Made by a program: the position numbers and the translations under genes. Below, in pieces: positions 27,330-39,555 of a stretch of 64,000 nt of DNA. A model generated the notes under the pieces. The model was not told where the DNA came from and did no database searches. It saw only the letters and a program-made list of their open reading frames with translations. How positions within the stretch are numbered: position 1 is the first letter of the stretch; each line of letters opens with the position of its first letter. Source of the stretch: Octopus bimaculoides. Taxonomy: Eukaryota. The stretch lies in NCBI RefSeq assembly GCF_001194135.2, contig NC_068981.1:3413599-3477598 (forward strand), read 5' to 3'.

Positions 27330-30300
27330 CTGCAGAAATAAAGAAATAAAAAAAAAACAACAACAAATTAATATTGCTAGGATTTGAACTCCTGACATCA
27401 ACAGATGTACCTGCAAAGTATTTTATCTCGCACTTTACCATCATTGCCAATCTATGACATCAACATGATGATGATGATGATGATGTTGGTGGTGGTGGTG
27501 GTATTAAAATTCCTGCTGCAGAACTCTGCAGTTTCTGGTTTGATCCCACTGCAGGCATTTTGGCCAAGAGTCTGCCATCATAGCTTTAGGTTAACCAAAG
27601 TCCTTTGAGTGGAATTTGGAAATCAGAAACTGTGTAGAAGCCTGCTGGAGGAGCTATTCTCACTCCTGGACAGGGGTTAGTCCTAATTCTCAACCAGTTT
27701 AACACTGTCACTACCACCTGGCCTTTAGGTGTCCGTAGTGAACCCACTTTGTTGTAAACACATGGACCCTATCTCTGGTCTGAGGACTAACACCTGTCCT
27801 ACCACTTGCACTTGTCTCAGGGACCCTGAAAAGAGTCAAAGATACTGTTCTACTTCTTATGATTAAGGGATTAAAATTGTTTTAATTATGCATGGACACT
27901 GTTGGTTGAGGCTGACCATTGCCTTGTGTCCTTGTGAGGGAAACTGGTAGAGGGAAACTGTAAGAAACCTGTTATGTGTCTATGTGTGTGTGTGTGTGTG
28001 TTTATATGTTTTTATACTGTCTTGATATTCTCCTGTCAATGGAGAGCTTCACAAATGCACAAAATTATTCACAACCACAACAATGACCACCACCACCACC
28101 ACCACTCAGTCACTGTTTATGCAAACAGTTATTTTTTTTCTCTCATGAAAACATGTCTGGCTATTGTTTGAAAGACTTTGGGAAATATGACCTAGTTTGG
28201 AAACAGGCGAGTGTTAGCAACGGGAAGAGCATCTATCTCTATAAATATTGCCTGAACCAAGCTAGCACAGAAAAGTGAAGGCTTAGACAATGGTACTGAC
28301 AATATGAAGCCTACATCAACTCTTTTGATAGTAACCTGCCTGAAGCAGCTTTTGGTTCTATCTTACAAAAACAGCCTGTTTTAAAGTGACCTAAATGAAA
28401 ACCTGCCACCAAAATTTGTGTTTCAAGTACCAGGCTAATAATGCTTTAAAATTTCGGCACTAGGTCAGCAATTTGGGGAGTGGGATTAAATCAATTATAT
28501 CAACCCTCAAGGGCTCAAATGGTACTTATTTTAACGACCCCAAAAGGATGAAAGGCAAAGGTGGCCTTGGTAGAATTTGAACTCGGAATGTAAAGACAGA
28601 CAATGCTAAGCAACCTGGCATACTATGATTCTGTCAGTTTACAACTCAATATCAAATTAATAATGGCATTTCTTCATTAATTTTACATTAATTGAAAGAA
28701 ATCTGGTTCCTGTTAGCAACTGACTTTGTGCTGAACAAGGTAACATCATCATCATCATCATCATTGTTTAACGCCTGCTTTCCATGCTGGCATGCGTTGA
28801 ATGCATGAGGACTGGCACACCAGGATGCTGCACTAGGCTCCAATCTGATCTGGCAAAGTTTCTACAGTTGGATGCCCTTCCTAATGCCAACAACTCCGAG
28901 AGTGTAGAGAGTGCTCTTTACGTGCCACCGGCACAAAGGCCAGTCAGGCGGTACTGGCATGAACCACATTTGAATGGTACTTTTATGTGCCACTGGCACA
29001 GAGACCAGTCAGGCGGCACTGGCATCGACCATGCTTGAATGGTGCCTTTTACGTGCCACTGGCATGGGAACCAGTCATTCCACCAGCACAGGAGCCGAGG
29101 AATACAGTGGAGGGAGTAAAGAAGGCCTTATGACCTGGTTTTTACCAATGATATCACACTGGACCACAAGAACTACTAAACTTAAAGAACAAGCAAGACA
29201 AATCAGATTTAGAATTAGCAGGGAAAAGACCAGCTCGCTTGTATAATAATGATTTCAAATTTTGGCACAAGGCCAGCAATTTCGGGAGAGAGAGCAAGTT
29301 GATTACATTGACCTCCAGTGCTCAACTGGTCCCTATTTTATTGACCCTGAAAGGACAAAAGGTAAAGTCAACCTTGGCAGCATTTGAATTCAGAATGTGA
29401 AATCAGAAGAAATGCCGCTAAGCATTTTGCCTGGCATGCAAACAGTTCTGTTGGTCGGCCATCTTAATCAAGCTTATATAATAAAGAAAGGACAATAGTG
29501 TAGATGATGATGATGATGATAACTGAAATGATAGCATTGTTGTTGTTTAATCCCCAGGTCAACTCTGCTTCATTAGAAATATATTTAAACACCAGCAGTA
29601 GCCATCTTTTAATCCCCACCGGTCAACTCCAGTTGAGCAGAAATATATTCAAACACCAGCAGTAGCCACCTTGTCTTTTTCCTAAGTATAGCAAGTAACA
29701 CGCAGTCCAACGTGTCCTTCATTATTTCATAAAATAGGATGTGACTTCAAAGAACTGTGGCTGCTTTTCTTAGCATACCTCAAGTGACATGACCCTATTA
29801 AAGATGCGTTTCATTTGCTTTGCAATTTACAGGAAATTCAAATACATTGTAACAGTTACAAAAAATTTCTTTGCTTAAAAAAAACAACAACAAAAACCAG
29901 TAGAAACTTCCAGAAATCTCCACCAAATTGATAAATGGTAAAGAAAGCAGACTCGGAATCAATAGTTTTGTTTTTGTTTTGTTTCTCCCATTTTAAATGA
30001 CATTTATTTTATCTTTGTAACCTGTCATCAGCTAAACTACACCAAATATAAAACAACATGGTTTTACTGATAAACAATTATTTTCAAGAAACAGACACTA
30101 AAACCTAAGAAAATAAANNNNNNNNNNNNNNNNNNNNNNNNNNNNNNNNNNNNNNNNNNNNNNNNNNNNNNNNNNNNNNNNNNNNNNNNNNNNNNNNNNN
30201 NNNNNNNNNNNNNNNNNNNNNNNNNNNNNNNNNNNNNNNNNNNNNNNNNNNNNNNNNNNNNNNNNNNNNNNNNNNNNNNNNNNNNNNNNNNNNNNNNNNN

Positions 30301-33300
30301 NNNNNNNNNNNNNNNNNNNNNNNNNNNNNNNNNNNNNNNNNNNNNNNNNNNNNNNNNNNNNNNNNNNNNNNNNNNNNNNNNNNNNNNNNNNNNNNNNNNN
30401 NNNNNNNNNNNNNNNNNNNNNNNNNNNNNNNNNNNNNNNNNNNNNNNNNNNNNNNNNNNNNNNNNNNNNNNNNNNNNNNNNNNNNNNNNNNNNNNNNNNN
30501 NNNNNNNNNNNNNNNNNNNNNNNNNNNNNNNNNNNNNNNNNNNNNNNNNNNNNNNNNNNNNNNNNNNNNNNNNNNNNNNNNNNNNNNNNNNNNNNNNNNN
30601 NNNNNNNNNNNNNNNNNNNNNNNNNNNNNNNNNTGTGCGTGTTATATACTAAAGTAGGTCAGAAAATAATTTTCTCCTCTTTTTAACTTCCCATGAAGGT
30701 GGCGATGGCAGCACCCCCACTAAAGTACCTTTTATCTCTTTATTGCCTAAGAGGTGGCGGTGATGGTGGTAGTAGTGGTTGTGGTGGTGGTTGTGTAAGA
30801 ATTAATACAAAAAGAGGGAATATAGTAAAACAAGAGTAGAGAGAGAAATGGGAGGGAGAGAGAGAGAGGGAATGGTGAGAGAGCAAAATAGAGAGAGAGA
30901 GGGAATGGTGAGAGAGCAAAATAGAGAGAGAGAGAAATGACAGATAGAGGGAGACAGAGAGATGATGAGAGAGTGATTTAGATCCACCTGAATATGCACA
31001 GACAGACAGAATGTCCACAGACACAGAACACACACAAATGATCTGCAGGTTTTGTAGAAGCAGCAAGAAATTCAATTCTTTTACTTGCTTCAGTCACTTG
31101 ACTGTGGCCATGCTGGAGCACTGCCTTTAGTCGAACTAATCAACCCCAGGTCTTATTCTTTGTAAGCCTAGTACTTATTCCACATTATTTACATTTGACG
31201 GATATTTGTCCTCGTCTTGTTTGTTGTTAACAGAGAACTGTAGTACTTATTCTATCGGTCTCTTTTGCCAAACCGCTATGTTACATGGATGTAAACACAC
31301 CAACATTGGTTGTCAAACGACGGGGGGAGGGCAAACACACACACATATATATATGATGGGCTTCTTTTAGTTTCTTATTTCTTTATTGTCCACAAGGGGC
31401 TAAACATAGAGGGGACAAACAAGGACAGAGAAAGGGATTAAGTTGATTACATCGACCCCAGTGCGTAACTGGTACTTAATTTATCAACTTCAAAAGGATG
31501 AAAGGCAAAGTCAACCTTGGTGGAATTTGAACTCAGAACACGAAGACAGACGAAATACCGCTAAGCATTTCACCCAGCGTACTAAAGTTTCTACCAGCTC
31601 TCCGCCTTATAGTTTCTGTCTACCAAACTTTTAATTTCTTTCTACCAAACTTTTAGTTTCTTTCTTCCAAATCCACTCACAAGGCTTTGGTCAGCCCGAG
31701 TCTATAGTAGAAGACACTTGCCCAAGGTGCCATGCATGTGATTGGGAAGCAAGCTTCCTACCACACAGCCATGCTTGGTATAATCTTAACATTTTTAAAA
31801 TTCCATGAAAGCAATTTTAATTAGTGATGTATTAACGAATTTTATAGATTTCTTCTGAGTCATGTTTTCTAATTATATTTTGGTATGTGTGGGTAAGAAA
31901 TATTTATTTTGAAATAATTCTTTGGGAGTCTGTGATGTTGAGAATTGCAATCACAGAATTTCCTGCTGCTTGGGGAGATCTATTGAGTCAATCAAAATCA
32001 AATCACAATCAAATGGAAATTGTAGTTGTAGCCAATGCCACTGCTACCTGACTGGCTACTGTGCTGATGGCATGCAATAAGCACCATTCATTGCCAGTGC
32101 CACCTGACTGGCTCCCCATGCTGGTGGCACTTAAAAAGCACCATTCGAATGTGGTTGATGCCAGTGCCGCCCGACTGGCCCCTGTGCCGGTGACACGTAA
32201 AAAAGCACCCACTACACTCTCAGAGAGGTTGGCATTAGGAAGGGCATCCAGCTGTAGAAACCTTGCCCAATCAGACTGGAGCCTGGTGTAGCCATCTGGT
32301 TCACCAGTTCCCAGTCAAACCATCCAACCCATTGCTAGCATGGAAAACGGATGTTAAATGATGATGATGATGATGTTGTTGATTTACCTAGTGTTCTTGT
32401 TGGTGTTGCTGTCATGATCTGTTCATGCTGCTTTCTTTTCTGCTGTTTTTCTCTTTTCTTCCTTCCATTAGAATTCTGAAAACTAAGAATCTTATCTTTG
32501 AACGGGTATTCCAATGTCTTACTATGTGTGTGTAGTGAAGAATGAAAACATATGACAAGATATTCTTTTCTACTCTAGGCACAAGGCCTGAAATTTTGGG
32601 GGGAGATGGCCAGTCGATTAGATTGACCCCAGTATGCAACTGGTTCTTAATTTATCGACCCTGAAAGGATGAAAGGCAAATTTGACCTCGTCAGAATTTG
32701 AATTCAGAACATAAAAACAAAATACTGCTAAGCATTTCGCCTGGTGAGCTAACGATTCTGCCAGTTCACCGCCTTACATATGAGATATTTTTTAACTAAT
32801 GTGTTATCCAAATAGATGCAGGTGTTATTGTGTGGCTCAGAAGTTTACTTCCCAACCAAATGGTTCTGGGTTCAGTTTCATGACAAAGTATCTTCTATTA
32901 TAGCTTCTGGCCAATCAGATTCGTCTTAAGTGAATTTGGTTGACAAATAACTGAAAGGCACCCACTGTGTGTGTGTGCGTGTGTGTGTGCATGTGTGTGT
33001 GTATTTGCGTCTCCTTGTCTTGAGATTGTGGTAGTTGTGAATGAGTGTCACCATGACACAAGCAATGTCATTCATTTCCAATATTCTGTGAGAACAAACG
33101 TCTGGCCATGGAAAATATTACCCTGTTTGGAAACAGGCGAGAGTCGGCAAGAAGGAGGCCGTCCAGCCACAGAAAATCTGGCTCAATAAAATTCATCCAA
33201 CCCATTGCAAGCATGAAAAACTGGACATTAAAACAATGATGATAAATTATCCACCTTTGAAATCCATGACTGACATTACAAGAGAAGATGAAGAGTTAAA

Positions 33301-34848
33301 GTAGCTTTGCATTAGGGTGGGGAATATCTCCCCCAAAACAGTGACACTGAATCAGAGATCAACAATGACCAGAGACAACTGATACATCCTTCCAGCAACA
33401 AGAAGCTGCCAAATACCCAGTCTGTTGGGAACCATCTTGGGGTCAGCCACCACAGCTTGTTTTTCCCTTAGGGATAACTTTCTTAGTCTTTGTCTTCCTG
33501 GGGGTCATTCACAAGACAGCATGGCAGTGAAAATAGATGACCCTAAATCTTTTTACAGTGAAGGATCCCTATCTACTCTTTCTACTCCATCTGCCCCTCT
33601 CCCAGACAGGTGTTCTGGGTGCACCATTCCGAAAGTGGACAAACAACATGAGCCATTACACCATCTCAGGTATGTCTATGTCCCCTGCACTATTGTTGGC
33701 CATTGACCCTCTGCTGGATTCAGCTGTCTCTTTGACAAGTCTTTGTCTTGTTTTATGTCTGGCTGGGCTTGACCAGGATAGACGGGTGTGGGGGAGGGAT
33801 CATGGGAATTTAGTTGCCAACAACTAAATCACAGAATCACAGATTTAGTTGTGTGTGTGAATGTGTGTGTGTGCATGTGTACATTGCTATGAATTACTTA
33901 TGGCGAGAAGAGATCATCTCACAAAGTAGATTGAACAAAAACCATAAACTCACCATCCTACAAACGGAGACTGGAGGAAGAGGGCTGATATCACTAATGA
34001 CCTTTGAAGGTCATGCCCAGCCCCAGTAAATGTGTGCGTGTGTGTGTGCGCATGCGTATGTGTATAGAATAAAGATTATTGTTTTGAATTAACAAAGTAG
34101 TGATTTCAATAATCCAGATTATTATTATTATTATTATTATTATTACATAAACATTGCACTTTACATCAGAAGCACACAATATTGTAATCGTTCTTTTCTA
34201 CTCTAGGCACAATGCTCAAAATTTTTGGGGAGGGGGTGGCTAGTTGATTAGATCGACCCCAGTATGCAACTGGTACTTAATTTATCGACCCCCGAAAGGA
34301 TGAGAGGTGAAGTCGACCTTGGCGGAATTTGAACACAGAATGTAAAGACAGACAAAATACCACTAAGCATTTCTCCCAGCGTGCTAACATTTGCACCAAC
34401 CTGCCGCCTTGATGTAATTATTGTGAAATCAATGTATTATTCTTGTTTTCTTTTTTTTTAAAAATTTATGTTATTTTCTATGCTAGGTGTTGAGTAGTAT
34501 TTATTACCTTCTGATTTGGGGTTTTGATAGTGTAATTGTGAGTTCAGTTCCACTGCACAGCACCTTGGGAAAATGTCTTCTACTCTATCCGTAGACTGAC
34601 CAAAACCTTGAGAATGGATTTGGTAGGGAAACACTGAAAGAAGCCTGTTGAATGTGTATGTATGCAGCTGTGTATATATATACGTATGTCATTATTCTGT
34701 TTATTTCAAGATTTCTTGCCAACATAGAAAGAACCGGTTTCTAACCTAGATCCAAGGCTCCTTCATTGGAATTTCAACATCAACAACAGGGTATTTTTGT
34801 TTGCAAGTAAAAGTTTTTTTATTTTCTCTTTGTTTATTTCCTTGTTTT

Positions 34849-34886
34849 CCTTTCTGTTGAAGAGCGTATGCTTGAAACATAAAAGA
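34849..34886 (+). ncRNA. Minimal hammerhead motif, family B, second copy (degenerate)
   Basis: CCTTT CTGTTGA A GAGC gtat GCTT GAAA CA TA AAAGA, with the same downstream flank as the 39518 copy. Confidence 0.45.
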
Positions 34887-35809
34887 CTTTCTCATGTTCC
34901 TGAGCATCAAAATAATACACCTACTTGTTGTTCATACCCCTGTCTTTGTCTTTTGTTTTTCTGTAAAATTCAACTCTGTGTGTGTGTGTGTGTGTGTGTG
35001 AAGATTTGTATGTTTTATGTATGTATTCGCATGCATATAGCTGCATATCTAGACATAATCACATATATTTAAATGATAAACTTCGGGAAAGTTTTACAGA
35101 TTTTTGCAGTTCTAGTGATGGGTTATGTATGTACGTGTGTATGTATGTGTGTGTGTTTGTATGTGTATGTATATGTGTGTATGCATGTTTGCTTAATGTA
35201 TGTGTATGTTGTCTGTGGCCTATCACTGCTTGACAATTAGTGTTTGATCATTTACATCTCTAAAACTTAATAGTTTGGAAAAAGAGTCCAACAGAATAAA
35301 TACCAAAATTGAAATAAATACCACAGTCAATTTATTCAACCAAACCCTTGAAGGTGGTTCTCCAGCATGGCCATACTCCAATAATTGAAAACAAGTAACA
35401 GATAAAAGATTTCTAAACAAGAGACTGAATGAAGTATGAAAGACGTTATGGAATGACATCAGGACAATAATAGCCGGAGAGTTAAGCTATTTCTTATACA
35501 TCCATATATATACACACATATATATGTACATACACACACACACACATATATATACATATATATACATACGTATATATATATATACATTCATATATATACA
35601 TACATATATACACACGCGCGTGCTGTGTGTGTGTGTGTGTATGCAAAAAGCACCCACTACACTCTCGGAGTGGTTGGCGTTAGGAAGGGCATCCAGCTGT
35701 AGAAACTCTGCCTAATCAGATTGGAGTCTGGTGCAGCCATCCGGTTCACCAGTCCTCAGTCAAATCGTCCAACCCATGCCAGCATGGAAAGCAGACGTTA
35801 AACAATGAT

Positions 35810-35857
35810 GATGATATATATATATATACACACACACAATTATATATACATGCATAT

Positions 35858-35910
<53 letters not shown>

Positions 35911-36125
35911 TACACATATATATATATATATATATACATATATACACATACATATATATATATATATACATATATACACATACATACATACATATACATA
36001 TATACACATACATACATATACACACATACATACATACATATATATATACACACACATGTAAATACACACACACACATATATATATATGTATACGCACATA
36101 TATACGCAGATGTATATATATATAT
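35810..36125. repeat. Compound (TA)n/(CA)n/(TACA)n microsatellite
   Basis: Directly visible. It generates the spurious YI/HT ORFs. Confidence 0.9.
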
Positions 36126-36496
36126 CAAGCATTGGGCCACACAGAGCCAAAGTGGCTCAGTTCCTTTCAAGTGTTGGGCCTCACAGAAGCAATAACCGGG
36201 ACCTTTGGCATTGTGTCATGCTTAAGAAGAAGACCCATCAAGCTGAGCAAAATCAGTCATGGCAGATACCGGTGTCATGCAAACTGGCACCCATGCCAGT
36301 GGCACGTAAACAAACGGTGTCCACTTGCAGAGTGGATGGCATTAGGAAGGGCATCAAGCCGTAGAAAAACCATGCAAAATCAGGTTGGAGTCTGGTGCAG
36401 CCTTCCAGCGTACCAGCCCAGTCAAACTGTCCAGCCCATGCCAGCATGGACAACAAACGTTAAATGATGAAGATGATGATGATAATATATACACAG

Positions 36497-36550
<54 letters not shown>

Positions 36551-37610
36551 AAGGAATAAGAATGAAAACCACTTCACGATTACACGATGCTCATTTCCAT
36601 AAGAATGCTTGTTTATTGTTTACTAATTCGTTACACAACAAAATAATCAATTCAAGCAGTAAATGGCATTTTCTCATGGAAACGAGTTTTACGTAATTGA
36701 AGAGTTGTCTTCATTCTTATTCATTAATCATTATTATTCACCCCATGTTAAATGTACAACATCTGCTTATACGAGCCTGAGATTTAAAGTGTGCTTCATA
36801 TTATTAATTAACTAACTAATGTTTCATTAATTAGTTGATGGATAGAGTATTAATAGTACTCCTTTGAGCAGTCTGTTAGTTAAATATTTGTATGAAGTGC
36901 TACCAAGTTAACTGCCTGGATCATAAAGATCCTTACTATTTGGATATATATATATGAAGACAAGGTATAAAGAATGGTCCTTACATATTCTTGTATTGTA
37001 GTAAATTCGACTTACAGTTGTTTCTGATAATCATTATAGGTTCATGCATTGATAAGTTCACTCAATCAGTCCATTGATCAGTTGAGAAAAATGGAATGAC
37101 CTAAAACAACTAATGCTATCCTCATTTGAGTTGGTGTTGCAGTATTAAGCAATGATGGGAATAAATACAGACTTCTGACCAGTTCAAATATATCTCCACA
37201 GGCTTCTGCCATAGCCAGAGATCAGCACTTCTTGACACACCTGTGCTCAGAACTAATTACAAAGGAATGTCTGCATGGTTAGAAATTCGCTTCAAAATAA
37301 TCTGGTTTCAAGTTCAGACTCCCACGCAGCCAACTGCACAATGAATGCCTTGTTGGTGAAATTTGTACATAAAAACTGTACAGAAACCAAAAGTCTATAC
37401 ACACACACATGCATATTCAGTGATTTAGTGAAACTAAGAAGCCTCACAAACTATTACTCATAATCAATCATCAGACCGAAGTTACATGAAACTCTGAGGA
37501 ACAGTTTGTGAAGTTTCTTCTTTCCTGCTTCAATAAAACACTATATTTTACTCTAACTTTAGCATTTGAGTATTATTTTCTCTATATTGTTTTGCACATA
37601 GATGCTTGCT

Positions 37611-37647
<37 letters not shown>

Positions 37648-37905
37648 CTCTCTATATATATATATGTATGTACATGTGAGTCGTCTAAGAGACCATAAAT
37701 CAGGGAAAAGATGCACTCTTATATCTGTCAATAGAGTGGGTATATTATCCAAAGTGTATAGTATTAAATATCCATGATAAATGTTAAATATCTGATGAGT
37801 GCAAGGCTAAATAATTGGATTGTTATCCAACACTCCATTGTATTCCTTGCATGAAACCAATTGGTAAGATCAACCATGATGGATATATAATACTGAAACA
37901 CGCAC

Positions 37906-37960
<55 letters not shown>

Positions 37961-38594
37961 CACACACATATATATATATATAAATGTGCGTGTTTCTTTG
38001 TCTTGGCATTGCACAATAGTTGTGTCACTGTCAAACAAGCAATGTTATTTGTCTCCAATCTTCTGTGAAAACATGTCTCTCTATAGAAAATCTGCCTCAA
38101 CAAATTTCATCTGATCTATGCAAGCATGGAAAGCATAAATTAAAATGATTAGATGGATGGATGGAGGGATGGATGGATGGATGGATATAAAATGTGGATA
38201 GGGCTAAAATCCAAGCTGTGTCTCCTTGAAGCAGATGTGCTTATTCCAGAATTACAATTCTGTGTGTAGTTGGTATATTTGTGTGAAGTACACATTAGAG
38301 TTGAAAACTCTGGAAATGTTGTTTGCAGAATAATTATATATCAACAGAGATTCTCTCTCCCAACTACCTCTACAACTCCCGATCAGTAACCAACTATATA
38401 TATATAATCACTTGTTCCAAATGTAAATTTTATATTGTTTGATTCCATGTCTGAAGAATTTGTAATAAGATATTCAATATTGTACATGAAGGATAAACAT
38501 GTAAGACATGAAACATGTGGAATGGTGAATAAATAACACCCTGCCCCACCAAATTTTTCCAGCCTTCTGTTTTGATTGTGTGTGTGTATATGTA

Positions 38595-38632
<38 letters not shown>

Positions 38633-38789
38633 GTAGACTTACTTGCAAAAGGCTAATGCAAACAGGAAAAATAGAATTCAAAATATGAGTATATAAAATC
38701 TTTAACATGTTTCAGCTGCAACGCTGTGGTCATGCTGGAGCACCACTGTTAACTGAGCTACATCATTATTTGGAACCTCCTCTGATATG

Positions 38790-39085
38790 TGGCAATTTGG
38801 TCAATGAGGGAGTTTGATGCTGCTGCCCTCATCTGTGTTTTCTGTCTGAAATTGGCTCATCTGGAACCCTCGGCAGGAGGAGATCCAGTTTTGTTTTAAA
38901 GACACCTACATCCACACCATGCAGGTCCCTCAGGCATTTTGGAAGAATATTAAAGAGCTGTGGGCCTTTGAAGTCCAAGCTGTTGCAGTATCTAGCCCTG
39001 TGTTTTGATAGCGATGCTGGGATCTTTGGCACTATGCAGTGGCATCCTGTTCTGCTGTTTGGACGCCACGTTCTGCTGTTTGAGT
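38790..39085 (-). mobile_element. CR1/L2-like LINE ORF2 C-terminal fragment
   Basis: RTGCHCIVPKIPASLSKHRARYCNSLDFKGPQLFNILPKCLRDLHGVDVGVFKTKLDLLLPRVPDEP matches the G..LFN.LP..LR....FK..LD..L..VPD pattern of CR1-group LINE termini. Confidence 0.7.
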
Positions 39086-39346
39086 AGCTTTCAGTGCCAA
39101 AGTTTGGTACCAGGATTTTCTTGGTACTTTTATTAATATTTAGCAGAGTGACTCAAAGTCTGAGAGTTTCGTGCTTTGGCACTAAAGCATGAAACTCTCA
39201 GATGATGATGATATACACATATATATATACACACAAATAAAAGTTTCAAACCTCATTCAGGGATAGCAAAATCCTATAAAAGTACTGGTTAGTTACCTAT
39301 AAAAAGAATGCAGCAATTGAACACCTATTATGTATATCTTAGACTA

Positions 39347-39429
39347 CCTCTGAAGAGATTCGACTTTCAAATAATTTTTGATTTTATTAATTAATTTTCT
39401 GAAGGTCTGGAATTGAAACAGCTGTAAGG
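39347..39429 (+). ncRNA. Type I hammerhead motif, family C, with long AT-rich stem II loop
   Basis: CCT CTGAAGA GATTC [48 nt] GAATT GAAA CAGCTG TA AGG. Palindromic ACAGCTGT stem III, GUA triplet. Confidence 0.5.
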
Positions 39430-39517
39430 GATGTTAGTCAATTTTTTTAATTAATAAATAATAATTTATTAATTGCCTCTCTATTTTCTCATTTTATATA
39501 TATATATTATATATATT

Positions 39518-39555
39518 CCTTTCTGCTGAAGAGCATAGGCTCGAAACATAAAAGA
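39518..39555 (+). ncRNA. Minimal hammerhead motif, family B (A6C core variant)
   Basis: CCTTT CTGCTGA A GAGC atag GCTC GAAA CA TA AAAGA. Stem I CTTT/AAAG, stem II GAGC/GCTC. CA in stem III is probably a decayed CG. Confidence 0.55.

Noticed and set aside
35746-36467. 220-aa and 134-136-aa ORFs
   Set aside because: They derive from (TA)/(CA) microsatellite plus RTE 3' UTR sequence.
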